Shown: piece after piece, positions 7,209-15,945 of the stretch
How the letters are laid out: every line of letters begins with the position of its first letter
Numbering within the stretch: position 1 is the first letter of the stretch
Source: an uncultured virus (IMG/VR IMGVR_UViG_3300022663_000092)
Taxonomy: Duplodnaviria > Heunggongvirae > Uroviricota > Caudoviricetes
Length of the DNA stretch: 29,125 nt
Strand: one strand, 5' to 3'
Virus record (IMG/VR): IMGVR_UViG_3300022663_000092
Span: 62,001-91,125 of that record
Translations under genes and position numbers: made by a program
The notes under the pieces: generated by a model
The model's database searches: none
What the model saw: only the letters and a program-made list of their open reading frames with translations
What the model was told of the DNA's origin: nothing

Positions 7209-8735
7209 TCACGTCCAGCCTACAACCATGTCGAACGCCGAAACCATCGCATCGTTCAACACGACCACGGTATCGGTCACGGCCGCCGACGCAACGTCAA
7301 TTCGCAACATGCAAGCTCGAAGTTCCTCAAGCTCGGGGTCGGCGATGATGGCGAACGCCCACACGGCTCCCCCGGCACGGTCGACGACCAGCGGCCCGAC
7401 TCGATCCAACCCCGGCACTTCGGCCGCCGTGATGCGGGCGAGCACCGTGCCGTCGGGTGCGACCTTTGCGATGTAGATCGCTGGCACTTCAAAAGCATAG
7501 CGATGCCCGGTGAACCACAGGTTGCCGTCCGCATCGGCATCGGCACCGCCCGACCACACCCCGATGTCGTCGCTCGCGACGATGCGGGTCACCACCATCG
7601 TCGACTGGTCGCACCGCAGGATTGCCGATTCCGTGCTCATAGCCCACGGGTCGCCGGGCTCCTGAATCCACAACGCCGCGTCGGTTCGCGATGTCGTCGC
7701 CGCCACCTGGGCTGGCATCCACATCCACTCCCACGCCGACGTGAAGTCGTGCCCGGTCGACTCCGCATCCTGCACCAACGCACCAGGGTCGACCCGCACG
7801 AACCGGGCCTGCGACGAACCGTTCGCTGGTATGTAGGCGATCGTGAATACCTTGCCGCCGACGACCGTGCACGTTATCGGCTGCGCCGGGAATCGGCCGA
7901 TCGTGATGGGCACCGATGCGTTCGGTGTGCCCGCTATCGGGTCAATCCGTTGCAGCTCGTAGGTGTCACCCCACGCAAAGTTCGTCTTCCACAAGCCACT
8001 CGACGTGTCACCGTACTCGACACCGGCCGCCCCGTGGGATTCGGGCGCAAACGGCCCGTCGTCGTAGATGGTGATCGTCCCCATCGCTTCGTCGGCCGGG
8101 GTTGCCGCGATGACGCCCGACTCGCGCCATCCCGCATCGGTCACCCATACCCGGTCGCCATCGAACGCGAGCGCCCACGGTCGGACGAAGTACTCGCCGA
8201 GCAGCGATAGGTCACGCAACGACGCAAGCGACCGCGCTTCGGTGTCGATGGCTCCGAGATACAACCCGAGACCAATCGGGCCGTCCCTCCCAAGCCATTC
8301 CGGCATACCGTCGGCGACCCCGAACGCAGCCAGCACCTTGTCGCCCTTCGGGGTCGCCTTGATGCGGTCGATGAGGCCGAACATCCTCGACATGGTGAAC
8401 CACACGAGCCGCGGCACGACCCTTTCTCGGCGGTGCAACGGCACCGGCGGAATGGGGTGCAGCAGCACGTGTGGTATCGGCTCGTTGAGGTCGGGCCGCA
8501 CCGGTGTCGCCACGCCCGACCGCGGCCACGACCGAGCTGCGATGATGCGGGATGCGTTCGACCGCACTTCGGCGTCGGTCGCCCCGATGATGGCGGCGAT
8601 GCGCGGCACGAGCACGTCGGGCAACCCCTGACGCCCCGAGTCGATGCGGTCGAACACGAACGGCGAGATACCAAGCACCTCGGCGACACGTTCGGGCCGC
8701 ATGCCGTAGGCCGCGAACAGCGACGCAAGGCTCAT
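7209..8735 (-). CDS. XRE-like HTH domain fused to a beta-propeller-like domain (508 aa)
   Basis: N-term YGMRPERVAEVLGISPFVFDRIDSGRQGLP...RIAAIIG; C-term repeated blades (LAFDGDRVWVTD, DADGNLWFTG, VVDRAGGAVW, xRIDP). ATG 8735 overlaps the upstream stop (ATGA). Confidence 0.7.
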   Translation of the reverse strand: MSLASLFAAYGMRPERVAEVLGISPFVFDRIDSGRQGLPDVLVPRIAAIIGATDAEVRSNASRIIAARSWPRSGVATPVRPDLNEPIPHVLLHPIPPVPLHRRERVVPRLVWFTMSRMFGLIDRIKATPKGDKVLAAFGVADGMPEWLGRDGPIGLGLYLGAIDTEARSLASLRDLSLLGEYFVRPWALAFDGDRVWVTDAGWRESGVIAATPADEAMGTITIYDDGPFAPESHGAAGVEYGDTSSGLWKTNFAWGDTYELQRIDPIAGTPNASVPITIGRFPAQPITCTVVGGKVFTIAYIPANGSSQARFVRVDPGALVQDAESTGHDFTSAWEWMWMPAQVAATTSRTDAALWIQEPGDPWAMSTESAILRCDQSTMVVTRIVASDDIGVWSGGADADADGNLWFTGHRYAFEVPAIYIAKVAPDGTVLARITAAEVPGLDRVGPLVVDRAGGAVWAFAIIADPELEELRACMLRIDVASAAVTDTVVVLNDAMVSAFDMVVGWT

Positions 8736-10354
8736 GGGCCGAGGTCCCACCCGATGACATCGAGGCCGCCGTTCACCCGCGTCGCGACACCGGCTGACGG
8801 GAAGTAGTTCACCGTCAGGTTGCGGTTGACCGGGGCGAGGCCGGGCCACGTCGGAATGAGCGGCACATCGACCTCGAACACGTCGGAGTAGATGCCGAAG
8901 ACATCGAACATGCCCGTCTCCGCGCCCGCGTCGATGGCGCACACGTTGTCGGTCGTCACGCCAAACCGCTTCATGTAGACCTTGCGCGAGAACGAGAACG
9001 CCGCACCGGGCGCACCGGTGAAGTTGCAGTAGACCTTCAGCCGCACCCGCCGCGCGTTCGCGGGGTGCGCGAAGTTGCCGAACAGGACGTAGGAGTCGGT
9101 GTTGATGTTCGTGCCGAACGGGGCGACGAAGATGCCGTTGCTGAGGCCGCCGACGAGAATCATGCGCCCGTCGCTCACGGCACCGCGCGGCACGCCACCG
9201 CCGTCGCACCACCCCGCCATGACGACACCCGCGAACTGCGTCGACAGCCCGAGGCCGGTCGAGGTCGGCATCGTGATTGCGAGCAACGGCGTGCCCGCGT
9301 AGTTCGGTGCCACCATCGTCGCGACCGGGATGCCCCGCATCGGGCCGGGCACCCGCCCGAGCCCGAAGATGCTGTTCTCGGTGTACCGCACCCACCGGGG
9401 CAACCCGGCGGGGAAGCAGGCGTAGAGATACCACGGCATCGACGGCACCGGGGCGAACCCCGGCCCCTGGTTCTCCGGGTTGAGAATGTCGACCCACGGC
9501 AGGTCGCCCGACCCCATCGCCGCGGTCGGTGTGCCCTTCGCGATCGTGCCCGCGGCCCGGTAGTAGCCGACGTTGAAGTCCACCGCACCCGACACGTTCA
9601 ACTCGACGCTCGGGTTGGTCCACTCGTCGGCATACACGAGGCACCGTTCGCGCTTCTGAAGCAGCGACCCGGCATGGAACGGTTGCACCGCACGGTCGAC
9701 GATGAGGGGGCGCACGTCCCAGAACGTCACCGTGTCGACGCTCGCGCTGCCCGCCGGAACCGATGCGACCGCGAGCGGCAGCCATCCCGTCGCGTTGCCG
9801 GGGTAGCCACCGCCCGCAACACCCGACCGAACGCGATACTGCAACCGGCCCGCCACCACCTTGTCGACGAGGTTCGGCGTGAACAGGCCCGTGGCGGGGT
9901 CGAAGATATCGCGGTTGTCCTGCTCCTCGACCAGTTCGATCGGCTGGCACTCGATGACATCGATCCGAACCCCGCCACCGCCGTTCGCCGGGATGACGAG
10001 GGAACCGATGGCACTGATGCCCGCGTCGAAGATGACCTTGCTCGGGTCGTCGTCGGCGTTCGGGGTTGCGTCGGGGAAGTAGGCGACCATCTCGCCGGGC
10101 GTGATGGTCACCGAATCGGTGCCAATCTGCGGCACGACCATCAACCCGCCGATGACATCGGCGAGCAGCGGGGCCGTGATGGCTGCCGGTTCGATCGCGT
10201 ACCCCGCCGACGTGTCGACGATGTACTGGTCGGAGAAGAACCGCCGATGAAACGCCGACCGGTCTGCCGCGATGAACGCCTGCTCGCGGTTGAAGTCGGT
10301 GGAGATCAGCCGTTCCCTCGTGTTGTACTGCATGCGCTTGTGACCGCTCGACAT
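8732..10354 (-). CDS. putative tail fibre / baseplate-attached protein (540 aa)
   Basis: Follows the wedge genes; N-terminal RERLISTDFNREQ resembles fibre-anchor motifs; beta/Gly-rich. Confidence 0.6.
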   Translation of the reverse strand: MSSGHKRMQYNTRERLISTDFNREQAFIAADRSAFHRRFFSDQYIVDTSAGYAIEPAAITAPLLADVIGGLMVVPQIGTDSVTITPGEMVAYFPDATPNADDDPSKVIFDAGISAIGSLVIPANGGGGVRIDVIECQPIELVEEQDNRDIFDPATGLFTPNLVDKVVAGRLQYRVRSGVAGGGYPGNATGWLPLAVASVPAGSASVDTVTFWDVRPLIVDRAVQPFHAGSLLQKRERCLVYADEWTNPSVELNVSGAVDFNVGYYRAAGTIAKGTPTAAMGSGDLPWVDILNPENQGPGFAPVPSMPWYLYACFPAGLPRWVRYTENSIFGLGRVPGPMRGIPVATMVAPNYAGTPLLAITMPTSTGLGLSTQFAGVVMAGWCDGGGVPRGAVSDGRMILVGGLSNGIFVAPFGTNINTDSYVLFGNFAHPANARRVRLKVYCNFTGAPGAAFSFSRKVYMKRFGVTTDNVCAIDAGAETGMFDVFGIYSDVFEVDVPLIPTWPGLAPVNRNLTVNYFPSAGVATRVNGGLDVIGWDLGP

Positions 10355-10360
10355 GCGGCA

Positions 10361-10390
10361 AGCCTACCACCCGTCGGGGCGGGGTGTCAG
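10361..10390 (-). promoter_or_regulatory. putative leaderless promoter
   Basis: CTGACA-18 nt-TAGGCT-6 nt-ATG(10354). Confidence 0.65.
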
Positions 10391-10394
10391 CCTG

Positions 10395-10414
10395 ACGGAT
10401 GATCGATCATCCGT
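10395..10414. repeat. 20-bp palindrome, copy 3 (intergenic)
   Basis: Exact match; 4 nt upstream of the -35 element. Confidence 0.95.
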
Positions 10415-10436
10415 GGCGGGCGTTTCACGTGGAACC

Positions 10437-12056
10437 TCAGATGCAGCCGACGTTCTCGACGTAGAGATCGAACCCGACACCGGCCGCCCGCGCATCGTCG
10501 ACCGCGGCCCATACCGTGCGATAGTAGATGGCCGACATGATTGGGAACCCGTCGAAGAACGCGAGGAACGGGTCACAGTCGAAGGCGTTGGACACCCCTT
10601 CGTCGAAGGCACACCCGAAGTCACCGAACGGAATGGGCGGCACGCCGATGAGGAAGAACGCCCTGAACTCAAGGTAGTCGAGCAGCAGCTTGAACCGGTC
10701 GGCCGGGCGGGTGCCGAAGTCGAGGTCGAACGCGAACGCAACCGCGGGGTCGACCGACGACGGGTCGCCGTCGAAGAACAGCCCGCGGAACTTCGCCTGC
10801 CCGACCTCGCGCAAGCACGCCGACCCGCCGAGCGGCACGAACACCCGGTTGGCGATGCGCCGGATCGCGTTCGGCGACACCTTGTCGGCGACCGTCGCGA
10901 CCCGCTTGCGATAGCTGTCATCAGGTTCGGCCGGTTGCCGGTAGATGCGCCGTTCGTCGCCAAGCTCGTCGAGCATCGCCGACCGGCCGCCGACCGGGTA
11001 GTCATCGCTGGCGATCGTGAACCCGAGATCGGTCGCCCATCCGAGCACGCGCCACCCCGCACCGGTCGACCCCGGCGGGGAGTTGTACTGCTCCGCGGTC
11101 ATGTCGGGCGACTGCTTGACCGCCACGAGCGTCGCCGTCGTGCCCGTGAGCACGCCCTCGATCTGCGTCGCCGGTACGAAGTCGCCGAACGTGCGGTCGA
11201 CCACAACGTGGTCGCCGGTGTCCGTCAACCGGCGGAACACGCCGCGAGCAGTCACGACGACACCGGTGCGTTGCACGACCTCCTCGCCGACCTCGAACCC
11301 GGTGCCCACGATGGCGGCGACCTCGAACACGCCCGTGGCGGCGAGCGTCGCAACGCCGCCGTGCACCCCGACCTGTGGCTGTTCGTACCCGATGACACGC
11401 CGCACTTGCCCGGCGTTCGCCCCGACTGTCAGTTCGATGTACTGCCCGACGTGTTCGGGCACCACAACGTCGGGGTCGGGGCGCACCATGAGACGATGCC
11501 CGGCGATACCGGGCACGACCCGCGCCTTATCGTTCGCGAGCGCGGCCCCGACCTGCACGAACTGGTTGATGCTACCCGGTTCGGGCTGGTTGTAGCCGTA
11601 GCCCGGTCGGTCGCTCATGAGCCGCAGCTTGAACGGCCCGGCCTCGCCGGGGCCGAACGTCAACGTCTCGTCGGCCACGAACTGCCGCCCGGTCTGCACG
11701 TACTGCGCGCCGTTCGGCCCCCAATCGCCCGCAACCTCGGCGATGATGACCTGCCCCTTGATGATGGTGATCGGCGTGATGAACCGAGCCGACCGTTGCA
11801 CCGTCGCCGTGACCGTTGCCGGGCTCGCACCGCCCGCGGGTTCATCGGTCTGACCCGACCACGGCAGGATATACATTGCCTGCGTGGTCCGTTCGATCAT
11901 CTCCGACGCCCGCGCGAGCTGTGCCGCGGCTTGCTCGTAGGCCTCGAACTGCGTGTCGACCCCGGCCGCCTTGCCGTCGATGAACGGCTGCGCGTACCCC
12001 ACGTCGACAACGGACTGCCACAGCTCGATGAGGTCGTCGAGGGTCAACGCTGCCAT
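10437..12056 (-). CDS. baseplate wedge protein (gpI/gpJ-related, about 539 aa)
   Basis: Directly follows the gpJ-like gene (TGATG overlap); LDELGDERRIYRQPAEPDDSYRKRV is a typical wedge motif. Confidence 0.7.
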   Translation of the reverse strand: MAALTLDDLIELWQSVVDVGYAQPFIDGKAAGVDTQFEAYEQAAAQLARASEMIERTTQAMYILPWSGQTDEPAGGASPATVTATVQRSARFITPITIIKGQVIIAEVAGDWGPNGAQYVQTGRQFVADETLTFGPGEAGPFKLRLMSDRPGYGYNQPEPGSINQFVQVGAALANDKARVVPGIAGHRLMVRPDPDVVVPEHVGQYIELTVGANAGQVRRVIGYEQPQVGVHGGVATLAATGVFEVAAIVGTGFEVGEEVVQRTGVVVTARGVFRRLTDTGDHVVVDRTFGDFVPATQIEGVLTGTTATLVAVKQSPDMTAEQYNSPPGSTGAGWRVLGWATDLGFTIASDDYPVGGRSAMLDELGDERRIYRQPAEPDDSYRKRVATVADKVSPNAIRRIANRVFVPLGGSACLREVGQAKFRGLFFDGDPSSVDPAVAFAFDLDFGTRPADRFKLLLDYLEFRAFFLIGVPPIPFGDFGCAFDEGVSNAFDCDPFLAFFDGFPIMSAIYYRTVWAAVDDARAAGVGFDLYVENVGCI

Positions 12057-13165
12057 CACACCACCGTCACGTTGGCAAGGGTCGTGCGCAGGGTCATGCC
12101 CGGCGCAGGCACGAGGTCACCGGTCGGGGCAACGACCGCCGATTCGGTCACGATGAGGCCTTGGTTCTGGAACCGTTGCAGCACGACGTAGATCTGCGCT
12201 CGCGATAGGGTCTGGTTGACCGCGAGCGAGTTGATGAACGCCACGACCGCGTTGCGCACGGCCTCGGTCACGGTCGTCGTGTCGACGTTCGCCGCGAACG
12301 TGAGCTTGAGCGCCACGTCGACGATCTGCGGCATCGACAGTGCCGTGATGACCGCGATGCCGCAGGCCCGATACTCCTCCAACTCCGACCGCACGAACGC
12401 CCCGAGCGCGGCCGACGCCACGCCCGACGAGTCGGCGATGTAGAGCTGCACGATGCGAGCCGGTCGCGACAACGAATCGATCGCCTCGTAGGCCTGTGCC
12501 GACACGACACCCTCGACCGCGAGCGCCCCGAACTCGATCGCCCCCTTCGTGCCGCGGCGGGCTGTCTGCCAGAAGTTTCGGATTCGATTCCGGTAGTCAT
12601 CATCCTCCTCGACCGGTTCGCCGCCCGCGGTCTTCGCGTCGTTGTTGACCTGCAACGTCGTGTCGAACAGGGCCGACGGCTTGTCAATCTTGCGGATCTG
12701 GTTCGCCCCGACTTGGTACTCCTTGCCCGCGAGCACCGCCCGCACGTCGCACGTTGCCTCCAGCGAGGCGGGTGCGAAGGTCGCCGTCGTTGTCGTCACG
12801 TACTCGATGCCGGTGAGCGACACGAGCTTCGTGCCGATGGGCACGACCCCGCCACCGCCCGTGATGGCGGTGCGGAAGAACCGCACCGACCCGACCGCCG
12901 CGGCCGCACCCTTGCGCGGCAGTTGGTACTTGTCGAACCCGTACCGGTCGAGGTCTTCCTCCTCGGCACCGTTCAACGTGAGCGCCCGAATCCGGTCGAC
13001 GAGGTGCCGCGCGACCGCGTGCGCCATGTAGGACGACGACCCGACGAAGATGTTGATGTCGGAGCCCTCGACATCGACTTGCGCGGGGTCGATGCGCTTC
13101 GCCCGCGTCGCGACGTATCGCCGACCGATGCGGTAGAAGTCGAACCTCGTGAGAATCTCGGCCAT
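12056..13165 (-). CDS. baseplate J-like wedge protein (369 aa)
   Basis: AEEEDLDRYG, RKGAAAAVGSVRF, VPIGTKL, GGEPVEEDDDYRNRI and RGTKGAIE are hallmark P2 gpJ/Mu gp47 motifs. Confidence 0.88.
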   Translation of the reverse strand: MAEILTRFDFYRIGRRYVATRAKRIDPAQVDVEGSDINIFVGSSSYMAHAVARHLVDRIRALTLNGAEEEDLDRYGFDKYQLPRKGAAAAVGSVRFFRTAITGGGGVVPIGTKLVSLTGIEYVTTTTATFAPASLEATCDVRAVLAGKEYQVGANQIRKIDKPSALFDTTLQVNNDAKTAGGEPVEEDDDYRNRIRNFWQTARRGTKGAIEFGALAVEGVVSAQAYEAIDSLSRPARIVQLYIADSSGVASAALGAFVRSELEEYRACGIAVITALSMPQIVDVALKLTFAANVDTTTVTEAVRNAVVAFINSLAVNQTLSRAQIYVVLQRFQNQGLIVTESAVVAPTGDLVPAPGMTLRTTLANVTVV

Positions 13166-13176
13166 GCGTCACCTCA

Positions 13177-14079
13177 TCACACCGGGCTCGTCGCGTCGAA
13201 CGGCACGTCGACCGCGACCGGCTTGTTGCTGTACTTGGTCACGGCACGTACTTCGAGCCAGAACAGGTCGGGGCGGTTGTCGTCGCGTCGGAACCGACAC
13301 GACACGTCGCGCGTCTCGGGCTCCTGCCGGATCTGCGCTTCGGCATCCGACGTGAGCGCGTCGCGCACGCCGGGCCGCCCGAGCTGCTTCACTTGGTCGG
13401 GCAACCCAACCCCGTAGGTCGGCAGCCACGCGAACTTGCCCTTGCGCGTCATGCACCGGCGGAACACGCGCTTGCGGTAGCTGTCCACGCCGTCGTCGAA
13501 CGCGAGGTCGCCCTGAGCATCGACCGGGATGGTGCCGAGGATGAGCGAGTCGGTCGTGTTCGGCAACGGGTCGAGCATGCCCGCGCGGTTCTGCGGGTTA
13601 GCGATGTCCTTCGACGACACGATGAGGTCGACCCGCGGTTGCATGAACCCGCGCGACAGCCCATCGAACAGCCGCGAGGCCGATGCCGGGTCGAGCAGTT
13701 GCCCGCCGACCGCACGCAGGCCGTTGCATGCGACCCGGTACACCGACGGCCACGGAGAGAACGACCGGTCAACCGTCAGGTCGAGCATGGTGCCGCGCGA
13801 CCCGGCGACCTCGGCGATCTCGACCGCGGCGGGGAACACCGGCCGCGGTTGCGCCCCGTCGGCACCGGTCGAGGTCGGGTCGGTCGCCACCGAGTAGCGT
13901 TCGACCGACGCCGCATCGCCGCTTTCGAGCGTGCCCGTGAACAGCGGGGCCGCGTTGAACTCAAGCCGCACGACGTTCTCGCGCACGGCCATCGCTCGCA
14001 GCAGTTGCAACGCGACGATGCCGCCGCCACCCCATGGGATGAGGCCCCACGGACCACCGCCCCATCCGGCACCGCTCAC
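13177..14079 (-). CDS. gp25/gpW-like baseplate (sheath initiator) protein with an N-terminal Ig-like extension (300 aa)
   Basis: C-term RRCMTRKGKFAWLPTYGVGL...IRQEPE matches the gp25/W pattern; directly upstream of gpJ; GTG 14079 overlaps the upstream stop (GTGA). Confidence 0.7.
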   Translation of the reverse strand: MSGAGWGGGPWGLIPWGGGGIVALQLLRAMAVRENVVRLEFNAAPLFTGTLESGDAASVERYSVATDPTSTGADGAQPRPVFPAAVEIAEVAGSRGTMLDLTVDRSFSPWPSVYRVACNGLRAVGGQLLDPASASRLFDGLSRGFMQPRVDLIVSSKDIANPQNRAGMLDPLPNTTDSLILGTIPVDAQGDLAFDDGVDSYRKRVFRRCMTRKGKFAWLPTYGVGLPDQVKQLGRPGVRDALTSDAEAQIRQEPETRDVSCRFRRDDNRPDLFWLEVRAVTKYSNKPVAVDVPFDATSPV

Positions 14080-14855
14080 GGCCGCACCCTTACGTCGAAC
14101 GCGAAGTCGTCGTCGGTGAGCACCCCGAACGCATCGGCACGTTCGATTCGGAAGCCGTTGACCGTCTCGTTGTAGACCGTGCACGAGCCGCCCGTGTTGC
14201 GGGCCGTCGCCACCACGGCATAGTTCGCGTTGGGCATGGGCGCGATGAACGCGATGTCGACGATGCCCGGCGACACGTAGGTGACGAACCCGATGTTGAG
14301 CGACGATGCGAGCGAGGCCGGGCCTCCCGGCGGCAGGATGACGCGCCCCCATGCTGGCGATGCACCGACGACCCCGCGGCGGATCACCTCAAACCACCGA
14401 TACCACTCGCGCGACCACCCCTCGGCGTTGCCCGTCGGGTCGATGACATCGGGCACGTTGTGCTCGACCGTCTCTTGGAACGCAGGCACCCGCCGCGGTA
14501 GCTGTCCGGGGTCAAGCGCAAGCACCGCACCCGCGTAGAACGTGATACGCGCAACGTCGTCGGCCGACGCCCCGAGCCCCGCACCCGAATCGACGGCAAG
14601 CTCGACGTGATACGTGCCCTCGACATCGATCGGAGCGAACAACGTCGCCGCGGCTGTCGGGGTCGCGAGCAGCGACGTTGCCCGCACGCCCGCGTTGATG
14701 TCGATGGGCCGGTGGATGATGCGCCACAGGTAGGCGAAGAACGGGCCGCCGACCGATGAAAGCGTCACCGGTTGCCCGAGTTCGAGGTCTTCCCGCGCGA
14801 ACCCCGGCACGCCCGGTGGTCGCGTCAACTGGTCGATGGTGATCTGGACGGCCAT
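14076..14855 (-). CDS. putative virion protein with a PKD-like N domain and fibre-like C domain (259 aa)
   Basis: YLWRII..P and GTYHVELAVD (PKD-like); AWGRV...GIVDIAFIAPMPNANYAVVAT resembles fibre C-terminal beta domains. Confidence 0.55.
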   Translation of the reverse strand: MAVQITIDQLTRPPGVPGFAREDLELGQPVTLSSVGGPFFAYLWRIIHRPIDINAGVRATSLLATPTAAATLFAPIDVEGTYHVELAVDSGAGLGASADDVARITFYAGAVLALDPGQLPRRVPAFQETVEHNVPDVIDPTGNAEGWSREWYRWFEVIRRGVVGASPAWGRVILPPGGPASLASSLNIGFVTYVSPGIVDIAFIAPMPNANYAVVATARNTGGSCTVYNETVNGFRIERADAFGVLTDDDFAFDVRVRP

Positions 14856-14861
14856 GCAGGC

Positions 14862-14867
14862 AGTCTA
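14862..14867 (-). promoter_or_regulatory. -10 element of a putative leaderless promoter
   Basis: TAGACT-6 nt-ATG(14855); no recognisable -35. Confidence 0.55.
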
Positions 14868-14898
14868 CAGCCGACGGCACCGATGCCGCCACCCCGGC

Positions 14899-14918
14899 AC
14901 GGATGATCGATCATCCGT
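14899..14918. repeat. 20-bp palindrome, copy 4
   Basis: Exact match; overlaps the last base of the stop codon of 14918..15214. Confidence 0.95.
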
Positions 14919-15214
14919 CAGGTGTCGGCGTCGAATGGGTCGGGGTCCGACGTGCCGACACGGCCACCGCCGAACCCGAACTCGGCGTCGATGGGGTTCG
15001 ACAGGTCGCACTTGAGCCCGAGGAAGAAGCTGAACGTCGGCGGAAACGGGAACGGCGGGAACTTGAACTTGAAGCTCAGGTTGAAGTTGAACACCGGCGG
15101 GAACTGGAACCCGCAGATCGACGCCCCGCTCGGCGATGGCTCGAACGAGAACGACGCATCGACCGCGGCCTGTGCCGCCGGGTCGGGTGCATCGGGGGGA
15201 GGCGGGAACCCCAT
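14918..15214 (-). CDS. Pro/Phe-rich small hypothetical protein (98 aa)
   Basis: Starts 3 nt after the upstream stop; TTC/AAG/CCG codons fit the high-GC usage of the window. Confidence 0.6.
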   Translation of the reverse strand: MGFPPPPDAPDPAAQAAVDASFSFEPSPSGASICGFQFPPVFNFNLSFKFKFPPFPFPPTFSFFLGLKCDLSNPIDAEFGFGGGRVGTSDPDPFDADT

Positions 15215-15217
15215 CGG

Positions 15218-15910
15218 TTAGGCCGGGCTGTAGGGGTTGCAGTTGCAGTTCCCAAGGCGGGTATACAACGGCGGGCACAACGGGTTCGTCGATTGGCACC
15301 GGCTCTGCGTCCACGCGAGGCGAGCACGGGCCGCGGCAACTTGCATCTCCTCCCACGTCACGGCCCCACGTGCCCGCATCATGGCCGACCACTCGGCGAA
15401 CACCCACGCCGGGTCGCCGAGCGTCATAAACACCGGATTGATGACCTCGCACCCGGCGTCGATTGCCGCCTGCTTCGTCGCGTTGTCGGTCAGATACTCA
15501 CCGGCCCACAACAGCACGGTCGGCAGTTGTACCCCACGCATGAGCAACCGGGGTTCGCCTTCCGCACCGGGGCCGTGCCCGTACACCACGACATGCACGC
15601 ATGGCTGCACGATCGGTGGATGACCGAACCGGGTGCAAGTCACCGTTCCGACCACACCCGCAACCCGAGCCCACACGTCGTCGCCCGCGGCACCCATGAG
15701 GAACGCCTCGATGTCCTCCCACGGCACACCCCGACGCCGCATCTTCGTCGCGGTCGTCAATGCCGAACCGAGCGTCGATTCGTCGGCGAGCACGCCGCCT
15801 TCGGCCTGCATCGCGTAGGCCCGGTCAACCTCGCTCGGCGGGAACACGGTTCCCGGTGCAACCGGGCCGTCGGGCGTCTGCACTCGATTGAGGATGACGA
15901 GGTTGCTCAT
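15218..15910 (-). CDS. hypothetical protein (230 aa) with a Cys-rich C-terminus
   Basis: Fills the gap after the spike gene and has its own promoter-like element. Confidence 0.7.
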   Translation of the reverse strand: MSNLVILNRVQTPDGPVAPGTVFPPSEVDRAYAMQAEGGVLADESTLGSALTTATKMRRRGVPWEDIEAFLMGAAGDDVWARVAGVVGTVTCTRFGHPPIVQPCVHVVVYGHGPGAEGEPRLLMRGVQLPTVLLWAGEYLTDNATKQAAIDAGCEVINPVFMTLGDPAWVFAEWSAMMRARGAVTWEEMQVAAARARLAWTQSRCQSTNPLCPPLYTRLGNCNCNPYSPA

Positions 15911-15916
15911 GCCCCG

Positions 15917-15945
15917 AGGCTACCATGCCCCGGTCGGCGGGTCAG
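15917..15945 (-). promoter_or_regulatory. putative leaderless promoter
   Basis: CTGACC-17 nt-TAGCCT (preceded by TGG)-6 nt-ATG(15910). Confidence 0.6.

Noticed and set aside
8736..10370. N-terminal half of the 1053-aa ORF 7209..10370
   Set aside because: Arg-rich shadow frame overlapping the 8732..10354 gene; the real start is most likely ATG 8735 with an ATGA overlap.
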